This document shows positions 52,641 to 64,000 of a stretch of 64,000 bases of DNA, piece by piece. The translations under genes were made by a program, and so were the position numbers. How positions within the stretch are numbered: the first letter of the stretch is position 1; each line of letters begins with the position of its first letter. Source of the stretch: Ophelia neglecta (taxonomy: Eukaryota); the NCBI GenBank assembly GCA_965285935.1, contig OZ260662.1:40548001-40612000 (forward strand), in the 5' to 3' direction. The notes below the pieces were generated by a model. It did not search any database. It had not been told where the DNA came from and saw only the letters and a list, made by a program, of their open reading frames with translations.

Positions 52641-54477
52641 TCTTTGTCAGTTTTCGATATGGTGTCATGCTTATTTAGTTAAATTGTCCGGAATGGGTAG
52701 CGTGCATTTTGTCTCAGCTTAACCTCCACTTGCCGCTTGACCGTTTAAGAGGCAGACGTAGTTAAGTAAGCAGGGGGTAGTGTAAAAGAAGAGTCTCACC
52801 TGCACACTTTCTGTAGCTTTTTATATATCTTTAATTCTATTTAAACGACATAGGAGAAAATAAGAGATAGGCCCTTGAACAGGATAGACAATGAGAGATT
52901 CTCCCAGAAGACAGGGGACGTTTTAACTATCCGAACAATTCGTGTTGTGGCGAATTCCAACGTCTGCAGCTAGTGAACTAACAGGTTATGAGGCTTGGAA
53001 CTCCTGCGCGAGAAACGCATTCAATTATTAAACAATGGATGCAATGAAGGGACTGGGACTTGACCATAGGGTGGGTTGCGAAATTACCGTCAGTGCACTT
53101 TAGGCCTGGACTATGCGTTTGTTGTCTCCACCTTTACCTCCTAAGATCCGTCACCGCAGTCCCGGCTCTTGGCTGCCCGTGGTGATAGAACGGGGATGGC
53201 TTTTCTCTTGTCCCTGAAGGCTTATTTGGGGAGGGCTACGGGGAGAGCTCTAGATCAAAGTACAGACGCTTAATTGTGTCTAGCTGCCTGTTATGGTCAA
53301 GAGGCACTGTTTTCTCCAAACGCTTGTGTCAGTGTAAATAAAACCCAAACTGCCGCTTACTGGCTGCAGTTTTTCAATGTTTTACGCCTGTGGTCATTGC
53401 ACAAATCTCAAGAAGAGTGTAAAGCTTGGTGACAAAACAGCCATCAGGGCACGGGGCCTTCTTAACAACCTTGGGGCCGAGTACTTCGGGAAGTCTAATA
53501 TTAACTGGACAGATCACCAAAATACAAGATGCCAAGAAGGAAGAAGGTAAAATATCATCAACAATCTCAACAAACGCAATGTAATGAAAGCATCCGAATG
53601 TCAAGCTAATCAGATCCTTACGTCTGGTTGGAGGAGATGGACCTTTGAAAAAAGTCCCGCAGGACCCAGGCAATACTTCCCAATTATAGATACAGATTGT
53701 GCAGGTAGTGCTGTCAGCTGTGGCTGCTGCCCGTGTTTGTCAATTTGCCCGGAGCCTGCTGGCCAAAGGGCACACCAGTCTTCTTAACAGGGACAAGTGT
53801 CCTAAAAATGTCAAATTGTGTGTCTTTCTACCGGGGAAAAATTAGGGCAATAACCATTTGTCAAGTTGTAGCCCACAGAAAAATTATTTAAAACGCTCTT
53901 TCTTAAATTGATACAATTTTTAATAAAATTACTAATGTACATGTCTTGTAATTAAATCATTCGAAATGGTTTATGATTCTATGATTTCAAGTGAAGGTTA
54001 CATTCAATACATTAACTTTAAGGTAAAGAAAAAGTCAAGACAGTTACCTGCGGATTATCAATACCAGAATCCTTGCAAACTGTAACTTAAGTGATTTAAA
54101 TTTTCTTCAAGTTGGCCATGTTTCCTGGACCGTCTTCGATCATATGTGAAGTTTTGCTTTCCTCACCTCTCGTATATCAGTCACTTTTAGTGAATGCATA
54201 TACTTACACCCAAATGTCAGCAATGGTCTTGAAGACTAGTTAAATTCCCACTTGTTACAGGCTAAAGTAAAAAAAAAACATATCTCCCGACAAAGGCATC
54301 TGGAATGAACACAACAATAAGGCCCTGTCCGAGATAGCTACTGTTGGGTACAGGCGGATTGTTTAAACCTACCGGGATAACTACAGATCGACTATATAAC
54401 GGTAGACCATCGAGCCGTTAGCCAGCGGACATGTCCAGGCAACCCGTTAGCCGCCGTGGCCAACTCCACCAGATTAA

Positions 54478-54907
54478 GTCAGGAAAATTTAAACTTTTAG
54501 TCGCTTTATATTGCCTTTGCTATTTATAAACTATACCAAAATTATGCGATAAGCTGCCACGGCTGGTTGTGAAATTCACAAACCTTTCAACGGGTAAGTG
54601 GATGATATACCAGGTCAATCCTTCTTTAATTTACTCGTTATTTACCCAATAGTAAGACACCATACGTTTCGGTCTGTTGTGGTGTTAAACGCTGTCATTT
54701 GCTATCTGAACCGAAATTTTGCCCTTTATTTTTATTCCTGCAAGGAGTACTCGTGGTCACTGTCAATATTGTCGCTCGGGTACAAATCTGGGACAGCTGG
54801 GCATGAGAAAGCTTAGCTTTAATCAACTATAACCTATCGCCTTTGTTTCGGTAAGCTTTACCAATAACAAATCCAATTAAAAGCCAGGGAAATTTAATTT
54901 TCTTGAC
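54478..54907. mobile_element. Old element with about 75-bp diverged terminal inverted repeats
   Basis: GTCAGGAAAATTTAAACTTT..GCTTTATATTGCCTTTGCTATT..TAAAC.ATACCAAAA..GCGATAAG aligns with the reverse complement of 54830-54907 (GTCAAGAAAATTAAATTTCC..GCTTTTAATTGGATTTGTTATT..TAAAGCTTACCGAAA..GCGATAGG). Confidence 0.6.
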
Positions 54908-57404
54908 GTACCTGACGGATTTTGCTAATGTGGTTGATTATATTTTCCTCAGCCCATACGTCCAGACAATGAATTTTAGGAGCACGTGGGAAACTTCTGT
55001 TGTTGATGGTAAGTATAATCTGTAAGTACTTTTACCAAGATTACATTTCAAAACAAATTAAGTCGATAATAGATAAATACTCTGTAAACTTTACTCACAA
55101 TGCTCCCCAAACCTAGCCACGTCTCAAATTACACGACTGTACCCGCATTGTCAATGAATCCCATAATGTTTGGTTAAAACCACATGCTCATTTCGATCAC
55201 CTGTGTTTTAAAGGTATCCACTTAAAGGTGCCTTTCAAGCGTATCACCGTTTTCCATGATCAAAAAAGTGCAAATGAAGTGTTTATTCATTGCAGTGTAG
55301 TTCGCGGACTTCGCAGCCCGCTATTAGTTATACTTTGCCGGAAGGAAATTTGGTTAAAAGACGGACTCTGTTAGGCAAATCTATCTGAGGAACCTCTAAA
55401 GACTAATGACTGCACAAGTACACATCATGAAATCACCTGTAATACGATTTCAATACCATGCAAAATGCAGATCTGCTTGTAGACTTGGAGGGCCAGCAGA
55501 GATGTCTGAAGGCATGAACAGCCGCAATGCGCAACTCGCTATTTGTAAGGGCAAAAAAGCACCGGCTTTTGGTCGCTCTGGAAGGCAAAAAGTCGAGCCA
55601 CATGCTACATGTAGGTGTGTCGTCTAAGCGACAGAAAAACCGTGTTCTCTCTGTTTATAGTTTTCCCGACAGCGGGAGCCCCTCCATGCCTGCATATACA
55701 TGTATAGAACTGTAGATACTTCGGCATGAGCAGACGTGTTTATGCCTAGTGTACTTACAGGCGCCATTTTGTAGTTTCGACCTTGCCCAGCGAGTTTGAG
55801 GCGTGTTTTCCTAATTATTTCTTTTTCACTTTCTCCGAACGCCTTTTTTAATGTTTTTTTTTTTCTACAGCACTATCCTTGTGTAGGCCAATATCTTTTC
55901 GAGGCTGGGAAAAGAAAAGAATAGGCAATATTGAGAAGATTGTCGAGAACAGAAGGTGGGTAGGGTCGTCGTGCACCCTAATGTCTGGAGATCACTTATG
56001 TTTCTCTTTTCTCGGCCACCGCGGCATGTGAGGTTGTGGATTATACAACCCTGACTTCCTCCCAAACAAACAGGAATTATATTGAAAATTGTTATGTTGT
56101 TGTTTAAATAATGGTCTTAAAATATGCGGTATTGACAGTCCTTATTTTATAGGTCATGTAAATGGGACAGACATCACATAATAAGTTCGTTGGTTTCAGT
56201 TCGAACATTATGTGACTATTAGACAGTGATATTGTTTCTCTCTATCCCGATATGAAGTATACAGTCATCGATTATTATAGGCTAAGGCATAGATATTTTT
56301 CCCGTTTCCGGAATTTACAGCCGGACGCTCAACTTTTTTCAGACTTGTACAATTTTTCGTTCCTGCAGCTCATTGGCTATAGACCAGTTAGACCAGTTTG
56401 TTGTCCTCTGTTTTCCTGAAAAACCACTTTTTGCTCTTTCCTGAAATGAATTACTTATATAATAGACTGTTATATTTGATAAATCTCCATCTCTCTCTTT
56501 GTAGGCTGCCTTGCCGATTTTGAATCATTCAGACAGGTTTAGCATTAAAACACATTTTTGTGGTGTCCAGACGCACATAATCTATTTTTGACATAGGCCT
56601 CACCAAAGTGTCCTTTACTAGCTCCAGTTGCTGAAACAACAGGCATATTACAAATATTTTGGCTAAGATTTATGAAAAGTGTCTAATTTTTATGATATCA
56701 ACTGCTGGAAGGCCACCACACGTGATATTGTGCACGCTCTTCCGTTTCAATTTTTGCAAGAAACTAAACTAAAGTATAAGAAATGCTTCAGAAACATGTC
56801 TAGGATACGGTGGACGTTGTCAATTTACCTTCCTGATCCTATTTCCATCAAAAGGAACCGATCATCCTTCATCTCTTGATTCTCTTCTAGGCTTTTTCAG
56901 GGAAAAACTCCGACAGAACGTGATGCCTTACCCGACAATTGGAGGTGCGCCTCTTACTCCGTACAGGCCGCGGTAAGGTTCACCCCCTCTTGTCCCCAGG
57001 CAGTTCTACTTTTTCTATCATGGTCGGCATTGATTTCAAACAAGCCAGAATTTGCTTACTATATATTTGCCCACAAATTTCGTCTGAAGCATTATTCTTT
57101 GCCTTAGACTATATCGATGATTGAAGAGAGCAGCACCAGCTCACGGGAAAGTCTCAGTCATAAATTGATTAGGTTTGATTACATTGCCGAAGAAAAATGT
57201 GTTATAAGCAGTGCCTTTCAATTAGAATGTCAACAATATAAATCACCTCACGAACACCTTGGTCCTTTTACATAATCCCATATCAGTTTTGTATTGGCCT
57301 CTAGCTATGATAAATTAAACGAGTATATTACTAATAATAAGAAAGAAAGTTTAAAATGACAACATTAAGATTCCTGAAAGCTTAGTGCTAATGAGTGTCT
57401 ATTA

Positions 57405-57932
57405 GTGACTGTAGTATTCATAGGTGTCTATGTGCTTGGTGCTCTATTGACTGTAATATTCATAGGTGTCTATGTGCTTGGTGCTCTGTTGACTGTAATA
57501 TTCATGGGTGTCTATGTGTCTGGTGCTCTGTTGACTGTAATATTCATGGGTGTCTTTGTGTTTGGTGCTTTGTTGACTGTAATATTTATGGGTGTCTATG
57601 TGTTTGGTGCTCTGTTGACTGTAGTGTTCATTGGTGTCTATGTGTTTGGTGCTCTGTTTACTGTAGTATTAATATGTGTCTATGTGTTTGATGCTCTGTT
57701 AACTGTAGTATTCATAGGTGTCTATGTGTTTGGTGCTCTGTTGACTGTAGTGTTTATGGGTGTCTATGTGTTTGGTGCTCTGTTAACTGTAGTATTCATA
57801 GGTGTCTATGTGTTTGGTGCTCTGTTAACTGTAGTATTCATAGGTGTATATGTGTTTGGTGCTCTGTTGACTGTATTATTAACGGGTGTCCATATGTCTG
57901 GTGCTCTGGCGATTGTAGTATTCATAAGTGTC
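57405..57932. repeat. Minisatellite, 42-bp unit, about 12.5 copies
   Basis: GACTGTAGTATTCATAGGTGTCTATGTGTTTGGTGCTCTGTT in tandem with substitutions but no indels. It generates the 14-aa-repeat ORFs. Confidence 0.97.
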
Positions 57933-58062
57933 TTTTTTTATTTTGGGCGCTACAGTGTGTCTGTTCATAGTTAAGGGAAAGAAAGGCCTAAAATAATATG
58001 CACAATCGGAGCTTTGTATTTCTTAACGTGACTTTGCATACCACAATATCAATCTATCCAGC

Positions 58063-58300
58063 CTACCAGCAATAATCTTCAACATCATAACCCTTACAAT
58101 AATCCATTTCGGAGTCAAATTGCCATATTTTTGCCTTCAGATAGGCTTTCTCAAATATCAATGAATGCTCGAAATGCACCGTTTTTTTCCACACGTGTCT
58201 TCCGAATAATCCGGGAAATGCGGCAGAATGATCAGAGGGTTTAATACAAAAGGCCGGATATCCTTGGAGTAAGTGTGGTTTGGCAGGAAACATAAATCAC
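58063..58300 (-). pseudogene. L1/Tx1 ORF2 relic (end of endonuclease domain)
   Basis: CIKPSDHSA...GRHVWK...HSLIFEKAYLK matches SDHSAV...G.G.WKFN.SLL.D..Y. Confidence 0.55.
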
Positions 58301-61300
58301 AATCGAAGCTGGGTCGAAATGGTAGTATGCCCCGTCAGAGATACGGCGAACCACTCAAGCTTATTGTGTACGCACTAAAAGTGTATCATTTTTTATGTTA
58401 CGGTGCAAGGATGCTCAATGATCTTCGAACCATGCATAATTCACATCACTAGAGTAAAATTTCGTAATGTACGTGATTTGAATATAAAAAGTACTTAGTT
58501 ACCAGGAATACTGTGCTTTTCAATATTCTTCCTTTTGTAGAGGGAAATTTATGAGTACACTAGTCGAATGAACGACCGGTAATCAATGAACACTCGAACG
58601 GGCCTTGTATAAATTAAGCGGCGTTTAACCAAGCTTGATCCAGATTCTCAAAGGAATCGGGTCAAGATTGGTTAACTACGTGAGCTGCAAATAAAAGACT
58701 TAGCTGATCCACAAGAGAGGAGACACATCGTGGCAAAGTTAATTCCGTTAATACTATCAGCTACTGCAGGAAGTGACACAAAGTGTGATTGTTACTTAGA
58801 CTTATATTGTTACCGTTGTGCCTCTCTCAGCTTGAAACTGGTTTTATCCCTGAATATGAGACTGAAAGAAAGTTCTAGGCAATTTTTAGCAAAACGTACC
58901 ATGTGTACTGTATATATGGATTCAAAGTAAGTACGCCAAGTCAATCAGGTTTATGCATCTAGATTGTAAGTGTTTCTTTATAACTATTTATGCGGATTGT
59001 GTTGTAAAGTGTAAACAAAAATATCAAGTAAAATGTAATGACCGATAAAATTCTGCCCTCAAATATGTGATATAGTTCTCCTCATTACATGCACTATTAA
59101 AATGATTCTTGGTCTTAATATATTTCCGAAATATTAACATGTATGTTTTCCATACTTAAGATTTAATTGCACTATTATTTACTTTTAAATAATCTTTAGC
59201 TTTCAAATGACGAATCCATGTACAATGCAGTGACCCCCTTAGCAATATTGACAGTGCCCCGCAAGCGTTTCAAGTGGGACATTAAACTGCATTTACCAAA
59301 AATATAAATCGAGCATTTTCTAAATTATTCATAAATGTTAAAAAGTGCGGCTCTTGTGAAACTATTTATATTATAAAGGCTTTAAAGGTCACATCTGTCC
59401 CATAAATGGTAAAAAATCTCATATTGGCGATTCATTGAATACCACCCGGCACGTAAGCAATCGAAATATTCTTAAGGAAACGCAGCTGATGAAAACTTTA
59501 CTTAGATTTTGTATCTAATTGCAATTAAAAATGTATTTACATTATTGGAGCGAGTGTCGTGGAAATAACAATTAGTTAGACAAAATACATTATGGGCTAT
59601 CATCCGGAAGTTGATTATAAAAAAAACATGTAGGCCATTCATTATAGCAATACCGCCTACTTTAGGTTACCTCAGGAAACTAGCGATATGTTTACAGGCG
59701 CATTGCCTATTTGAAACTGAGTAATAATAATCATTTTGTTTGTTTTGCATCAAACTCTTTATTTATAATTAATATCTAAGGTCATTAAAAACACAGCTTT
59801 CTTTTCTTCGTTTTATCGTATTATTTCTTTGACTGATAATTTAGCGTATACACTATTTTCCATAAACGTTGAATTCATTTGATTTCGAGGATTAAGTTCT
59901 ATAGGCCAAACTATAAGAAGCCTCGACCCAAAAAAAATTATTGAAAATTAGTCATGATAATTTCCTATATAGGCTTATTAGCACTGTTGGTCTATAATTT
60001 TAGAACTGAATATGCATCCACCACGTGTTGATTTCACGAAAAATCCATTTGTACAACGGAAAAAAATGTGTTAATCAAAGGTGTCCTTAGCGCTGAGTAT
60101 CCCCCCACCAAAAGAGCACATTTTTCTAGGACTCTATGAAATAATAATTTTGTCAAAACTTCCTGTTTACACAGGACTGGTCCAGTAATCGGTATTTCCA
60201 GTACTCAATGGTGTTTAATGTTCAATCGGGTAGAAATATATCCATGTTTCACTCGGGGCGTAGGCCATGTTTAAATTGTCGCCCAGTGTTTTAAGTGAGT
60301 GTGAATGAAATCAAGTGACGAATGAGTTGCGCATGCTGACAAATCATCTGCCCACACTGGCACGTAACCCCCTCTAATCCACCAACACGCGCCGGCGCTT
60401 TGCTTGTGAGCACAGCATTAGAGGATTTTCAAACCATGACAACATACATGGGATATATATAAAAAGTGGATCATTCGTAGACTTTGACGTAGAAATTGGC
60501 CTTATTGGATAATGTTTCCGTACTGTATATTATCCTTTATAAACGAGCTCAATGTAGTTTTTCATTATTTGGGTTGGATATTTTAAGTTGGCTTCCTAAC
60601 CCTGGTAGCCCTTTCAGTTTATACCTACCTATAACTGTTAATGTTATTCTTAATGGCACTGCTACACAAAGTACCTGTGTAATGAAAAATTAACGCACAT
60701 ATATATGTTCCGTATATACAATAGTTACAAGATATATTACAATGTCACCTCATCACAGGCACATTTTGAGAACGTTTTTATATATATCCCTAGCAAAATC
60801 TGGATATAAAACAGAGGGTAAAAAGAACCTAATTCCCGAACGAGCTTAATTACCGTATTAATTGCATCAATCTTGATCGTACCTATTTGGCTATATGAAT
60901 GATCAAGAATGGTACGACTTTAACCAATCCTAAACACATCAAGTTTTTAGATGATCTGTCTTGTATATGTAATCACCAGAAATCAGGGGCAGCCTACTTT
61001 GAATACGAATGACTAGGAAGCTCGGGTCCCAGAGAAAGAATCCGGCCATCGCCTTCCGGTCGCTGACCAATACTACCTCGGTTCCGCTCAAGTATGCAAA
61101 TTTGTGTCTGTTTTCACACAGGACAAATTGAAATCTTGGAAGACGAGAAAACTGAAGTTTGAAAGAATGACACTTCTTGGTGATTAGGGCATGGGCTGTC
61201 TTTACAAGTTGTTAAAGTGTTGGAAGGGTTACCTGGTGCAATGGCAGCTGTCAATGTAAAGCCTTGAAGTGGCCAGGTATACAATGAAGTTCGGCGGCAA

Positions 61301-63219
61301 ACTGCTCCTCTAAATAAACATGGAGATATTACAATATAAATGACCGGTTCACGGACTTTGTATTGGCCACAAATAAGGACAATATATTATCATTGAATTT
61401 TATAATTTCTCACCTGATTATTATCACTGATGGCTAAAACAATTAATGTGGCTATCTTCGTCGAAAACGGTCATCAGTAAAGGTGTCTTGGGCGGATCCT
61501 GTATTGGTGGCAGTGCTTTGCTGTGATTGTGATAAAATGAAAATTAAACCATTTCTTCTTCTACATATATTTTATTCGGTCAACCCCATGCTCAGAGCAG
61601 ACAAAATTATGTTCCTTTCCTTGTCATGCATTTCCATTCTCTCTTTGCGTTAAGACGTTAGGCAAATATCATTTAGTGCGAACGTCTATCAACTTCCGAT
61701 AGTGATAGTCAAGTGCTACAAATCAATCGTCTGCTTTAGCACTTTCAGGAATACATGACCCACAAGTTAATATTATTCTTCCAAATTTGATATTATTTTA
61801 TTCAAATCGAATACTATGACTTAAGATCCTAACGGTTGATTCGTTTTTATATCGTCCTTAAGCTGCAAATGATACTTTTATGGTCAAAAATAGCACAGTA
61901 AGACAGACCACCTGCTCGTTAATGGGATACCTGGCACCTCAGGGAGCCTTTACTCAGCTATCACCACACATAAAACAACCTATCTTTACTACCAACAAGA
62001 CCGCCTATAGTATTATGGCTTAGACAATTGTACTTTCCCCGGTGAGATGAGATATGGCTCAGGAATAATCCGGTCCACATACCAGAGGCTAACACGTACC
62101 GTCTAGTAGGCAGGCTTATGCACGACCTCCGCATACAACAACAACAACAATGATATATAAGATATATATATGAATTTTTCTTTTTCTTGATAATGCATGA
62201 GTTCAAGGGCAGGAATTTGTAGCATGTTTCGTTCAATTAAGTGTTTTCTTTTAATTATTTAGTTAAATTAGTTCATTTCCATCCCAGCAGTATAAGATAG
62301 CAAAGCTTGAAATACAGTAATTATATGATATGGATACGTAATTCATTCAACTAATGATTTAACCGCTTGCAGGTAAAATGGTAAATGGTAAATGACAAAC
62401 AACTTTAAGTTTCATGTATGTTTTGTGTGAGAATATTTATAATCAAAGTTCTTTTTCTCAATAACTCTTTCCCGATTCTTTTTCTTTGTTGATCATATTT
62501 GCATACATCGTGGCTGTGTGGGCGTATTCCTAACAATAGGCCGTTTGTCAATCTTCCACATAGGTCTTAGGTTTGCAAAAATACCTCCATATCCGAGTCA
62601 TCCATCTTCATTTGGCTGGTATTATCAATGTCCTTGCTCCTCTCCGCTTGTAGCTGTACTCAGCTCTAGGAATTGCACATCACTTCTCTTCCCACTGTGT
62701 ACACATTCATCATTATCAAATCTGCTCACTGATACGAAATTTTACTGACTATCAACAATGCAGTTTTCTTTAATTATATCAATGTTCTTAAAAAAAAGTT
62801 TAGTATTGTGCTAGCTAAACTTATTTGCATGAATGTTAGTAATGTTAGTTATTGTCTCCCCACGAAATGCATGTGCTACGATGGAAAGCCTGTCTTGTAA
62901 AAAATAAAACAACGTTCAAGGGGAAGTTGACTCGGGAGGCACTTGCAAGGTTAAAGTTTTTTAGTTTATGTAGTCACTGGTTATTATTATTAGCTTCACA
63001 CCACATACATATAGACTGTACCTGTGTCGTGACGCCACATACATGTAAAAGAGCTGGGTATTGATGTATGTGGGTCTGTGGCAGTTGGTTCTCCCATTAT
63101 TTCCACATACATTTCCCCTACAATGCTGCATTTTGCTAAAGCTTAAGGGACTAAATGACAGCGTGAGAACGTCACCTTCTTTCAACTTTATCGGTTAAAA
63201 TCTAGCGTTTACCCGACCA

Positions 63220-63536
63220 TTCAGAATCCTATCCCGGACCCACCCAGGACCGCCAGACCCCTAAACACCTGCCCACCTCCTGTGAGATCGACGTGCAATC
63301 TTCCCGGCAACACTTGTTCATAGCCTGGGTCACTGCTCTTGTCGCATCCATCAGTGAATGCTGCTCTGTTGCTTGGCTCCAGGCTGCCCATTAGCCATGT
63401 AGCACGCCTACCTTGGGGTTTGAGCCACATTAAGCCGCGAAATCCCTCGACACCTATGGGATTTGAACTCGCATTCTGCTAGTCGTGTATCAGACGCTTA
63501 ACTCGAACGCATTAGTAAACTGTGCTACACAGGACT
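63220..63536 (-). mobile_element. tRNA-Leu-derived SINE
   Basis: The minus strand shows an A-box-like TAGCACAGT, TAATGCGTTCGAGTTAAG (compare tRNA-Leu(TAA) TAAGGCGTTGGACTTAAG), a long variable region and the B box GAGTTCAAATCC. A GC-rich tRNA-unrelated body of about 230 bp follows. The acceptor stem does not pair. Confidence 0.7.
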
Positions 63537-64000
63537 CCCCGTAAGTTGTATCAAGTGTGTGCCGTTCGAAGTCTCTGAACTCCACCTTTTTTAAATACAA
63601 CTTAAATTAATGCTTCTAATTTGGACATAACTTGGTTTTATCCGAACTACTTCTCCCATTTGAGGTTGATAATTCCTTGGAAAATTATACAATTTGCATT
63701 TTGGAAACTTGAAATAATTGTTTAGGAAAAATCCTTGAAAACAGACTCTTGCTTGGGGAATTTTTCTGCCCAAACGACCCTTACCGGCGGAGCCCATACT
63801 ATAGATGGTTGGCATGGCCATGCCCCCAGGGGTAGTGGCTTAAAAGAACTCAACTTATCTTCATAAAAGCTTCATTTCTGTCCACGGAGACCCACCAGAA
63901 TGTGGTCCTTGATTTTTTATTGGCTTGTCAGAATACATCCGCCCAAATCAATTCAGATTACTTTGGATGACTTGGGAAACATGTGTACCAAACAAGCCCA

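Noticed and set aside
56891-56915. Integrin-alpha GFFKR-like motif (GFFREK)
   Set aside because: The match is partial, and no transmembrane exon or other integrin exons occur in the window.
61140-61270. CR1 3' end-like peptide (VVKVLEGLP); also KFFPNST at about 16800
   Set aside because: These are single weak motifs without collinear support.
61450-61485. Hammerhead ribozyme (minus-strand CTGATGA...CGAAG); also CTGACGAG at about 45882
   Set aside because: The conserved GAAA and stems I/III are missing.
63450-63536. Functional tRNA-Leu gene
   Set aside because: The acceptor and anticodon stems do not pair, the D-loop GG is absent, and there is no oligo-T terminator.

Overview
AT-rich eukaryotic DNA, most likely intergenic or intronic sequence of a marine invertebrate. 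The taxonomy is an inference from repeat style only. I find no intact protein-coding gene, rRNA, CRISPR array or operon, and none of the tracked ORFs is a recognisable host protein. The window is mostly decayed mobile DNA: about ten frameshifted non-LTR retrotransposon fragments (CR1/L2-like RT, RTE C-terminus, L1/Tx1 endonuclease), two short solo-LTR candidates and a tRNA-Leu-derived SINE. It also holds several non-autonomous DNA elements (two inverted 179-bp TA-flanked Tc1/pogo-type MITEs, a CAGTGGC MITE, a poly-G/poly-C element with a 13-bp motif array, foldback elements) and tandem repeats. The most unusual patterns are helically phased (about 10.4 bp) motif arrays, a clear excess of TA-flanked 8-bp palindromes resembling excision footprints, a solo LTR that splits a pre-existing hairpin, and a few isolated exon-like segments. 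I did not find convincing evidence of a complete new biological system.
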